From an uncultured Verrucomicrobiota bacterium (GTDB lineage: Bacteria > Verrucomicrobiota > Kiritimatiellia > JAAZAB01): a DNA stretch of 44,072 nucleotides. Location: assembly GCA_964418925.1 (NCBI GenBank), contig CAYQNY010000002.1, forward strand, positions 1-44,072, written 5' to 3'. The translations under genes were made by a program, and so were the position numbers. The notes beneath the pieces were generated by a model. The model did not search any database. It was not told the DNA's origin and was given only the letters and a program-made list of their open reading frames with translations. Position 1 is the first letter of the stretch, and each line of letters begins with the position of its first letter. Positions 43,367-44,072 of the stretch are shown one piece after another.

Positions 43367-43531
43367 TCAAGTCCGGATAAATGAGGAGATCATATTATGC
43401 CTACTCGACAGACAGCGAAACGGTTCGGCGTGTTGTGCGGTCTTGGCATCCACAGCGCGCATTTCGGAGGGCGACGCGGGACTTCGCCGCAAATCATCAA
43501 TCGGAACACAGGTGCGGGAAAGAATAGTATC

Positions 43532-44072
43532 ATGCAGAGGAATGTAAAGGGAATGTTGTTTGTGGGAGCAGTGATGGGGCTGGTCGTGACGCCGCTGCGG
43601 GCCGACTTGCCGGTCAGCGGGGCGGCGTTTCATCTGGATGCCAACGATACGAACACGGTACTGCTCGACGGAAGCAGTGTCACCAACTGGCAGGATAAGG
43701 GCAGCAGCGGCCTGGATGTTACCCCGCCGATGCTGGCCGACCGGCCGACGCTGGTGTCCTGGCCCGCCAAGGCGGGTCTGTCGGCCGTCCGCTTCAACTT
43801 GGATGACCGGCTGATGAACGCAACCGACTCCCCCTTTGCGAACGCGGGTCCATGGACGGTCTTTACGGTGTTTGAGGCCCGCAAGACCGCCGGCAGCGGC
43901 GGGAACATCATGGGCGGCAGCGCGGGCGATGCCAGGGGCTTGGTGTATTGCCACAACAACGCTGTCAAAAGCTTCCGGGGAGGAACGGAATTTGCGAACT
44001 CCGGCTACAGGGACGGTCAGTACCTGGTGTACTCAGCGGTGTGGAACGGGGCCGCCAGTTCCTCGTGGATTA
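43532..44072 (+). CDS. secreted LamG/concanavalin-A-like lectin-domain protein, 3'-truncated by window edge
   Basis: Not in the ORF track because there is no stop before the window end. My translation from ATG 43532 is 'MQRNVKGMLFVGAVMGLVVTPLRADLPVSGAAFHLDANDTNTVLLDGSSVTNWQDKGSSG...PWTVFTVFEARK...'. It has a signal peptide followed by the 'W.D.SG.G......P......NG...V.F' pattern seen in LamG-type domains. The antisense ORFs here are shadows. Confidence 0.6.
   Translation, partial: MQRNVKGMLFVGAVMGLVVTPLRADLPVSGAAFHLDANDTNTVLLDGSSVTNWQDKGSSGLDVTPPMLADRPTLVSWPAKAGLSAVRFNLDDRLMNATDSPFANAGPWTVFTVFEARKTAGSGGNIMGGSAGDARGLVYCHNNAVKSFRGGTEFANSGYRDGQYLVYSAVWNGAASSSWI

Noticed and set aside
1-44072. 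A CRISPR array, tandem-repeat array, prophage, integrase, toxin-antitoxin pair or defence island.
   Set aside because: The repeated hairpins are dispersed, not regularly spaced with unique spacers. No cas, integrase, capsid/terminase, restriction or abortive-infection-type ORFs were recognisable in any frame.

Overview
GC-rich bacterial chromosomal segment. Gene content (FGE-sulfatase-type enzyme, cytoplasmic GH2, secreted LamG-like protein, RNase Y) weakly suggests the PVC group; that is inference only. The left third is a cobalamin (B12) nucleotide-loop assembly, salvage and uptake region. It contains cobU (5'-partial), cobT, cobS and btuF-btuC-btuD. A separate cobalamin-riboswitch unit follows: btuF fragment, TonB-dependent receptor (BtuB-like), ABC-ATPase fragment, DUF71 PP-loop ATPase, cobQ, tonB. 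The rest is housekeeping: epmA, a sugar nucleotidyltransferase, plsY-gpsA, tRNA-Leu(UAG), rsmB-like, nadK-tlyA, dxs, xseA/xseB, rny, 5-formyl-THF cyclo-ligase, rarA and pheST. It also holds a GH2 glycosidase pair and IclR and DeoR regulators. No rRNA, CRISPR array, integrase or phage module was seen. Main points for follow-up: (1) a 303-aa protein made of two fused IS200/IS605-type HUH-Y1 folds, one keeping only the Tyr and the other only the HUH, lying antisense inside the btu operon. (2) A 131-bp element with perfect 17-bp terminal inverted repeats, a cloverleaf-like set of internal hairpins and flanking direct repeats, present twice, each time just after a regulator gene. (3) A DUF71/COG2102 ATP-pyrophosphatase gene next to cobQ downstream of a B12 riboswitch. 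(4) A BtuD ATPase with an unassigned ~160-aa C-terminal domain. (5) A tandem pseudo-NDK/NDK protein. (6) A GH2 enzyme whose acid/base 'NE' motif reads 'NT'. (7) Several families of REP-like hairpins plus a truncated RAYT-like gene. All functional calls come from motif recognition by eye; no database search was possible.
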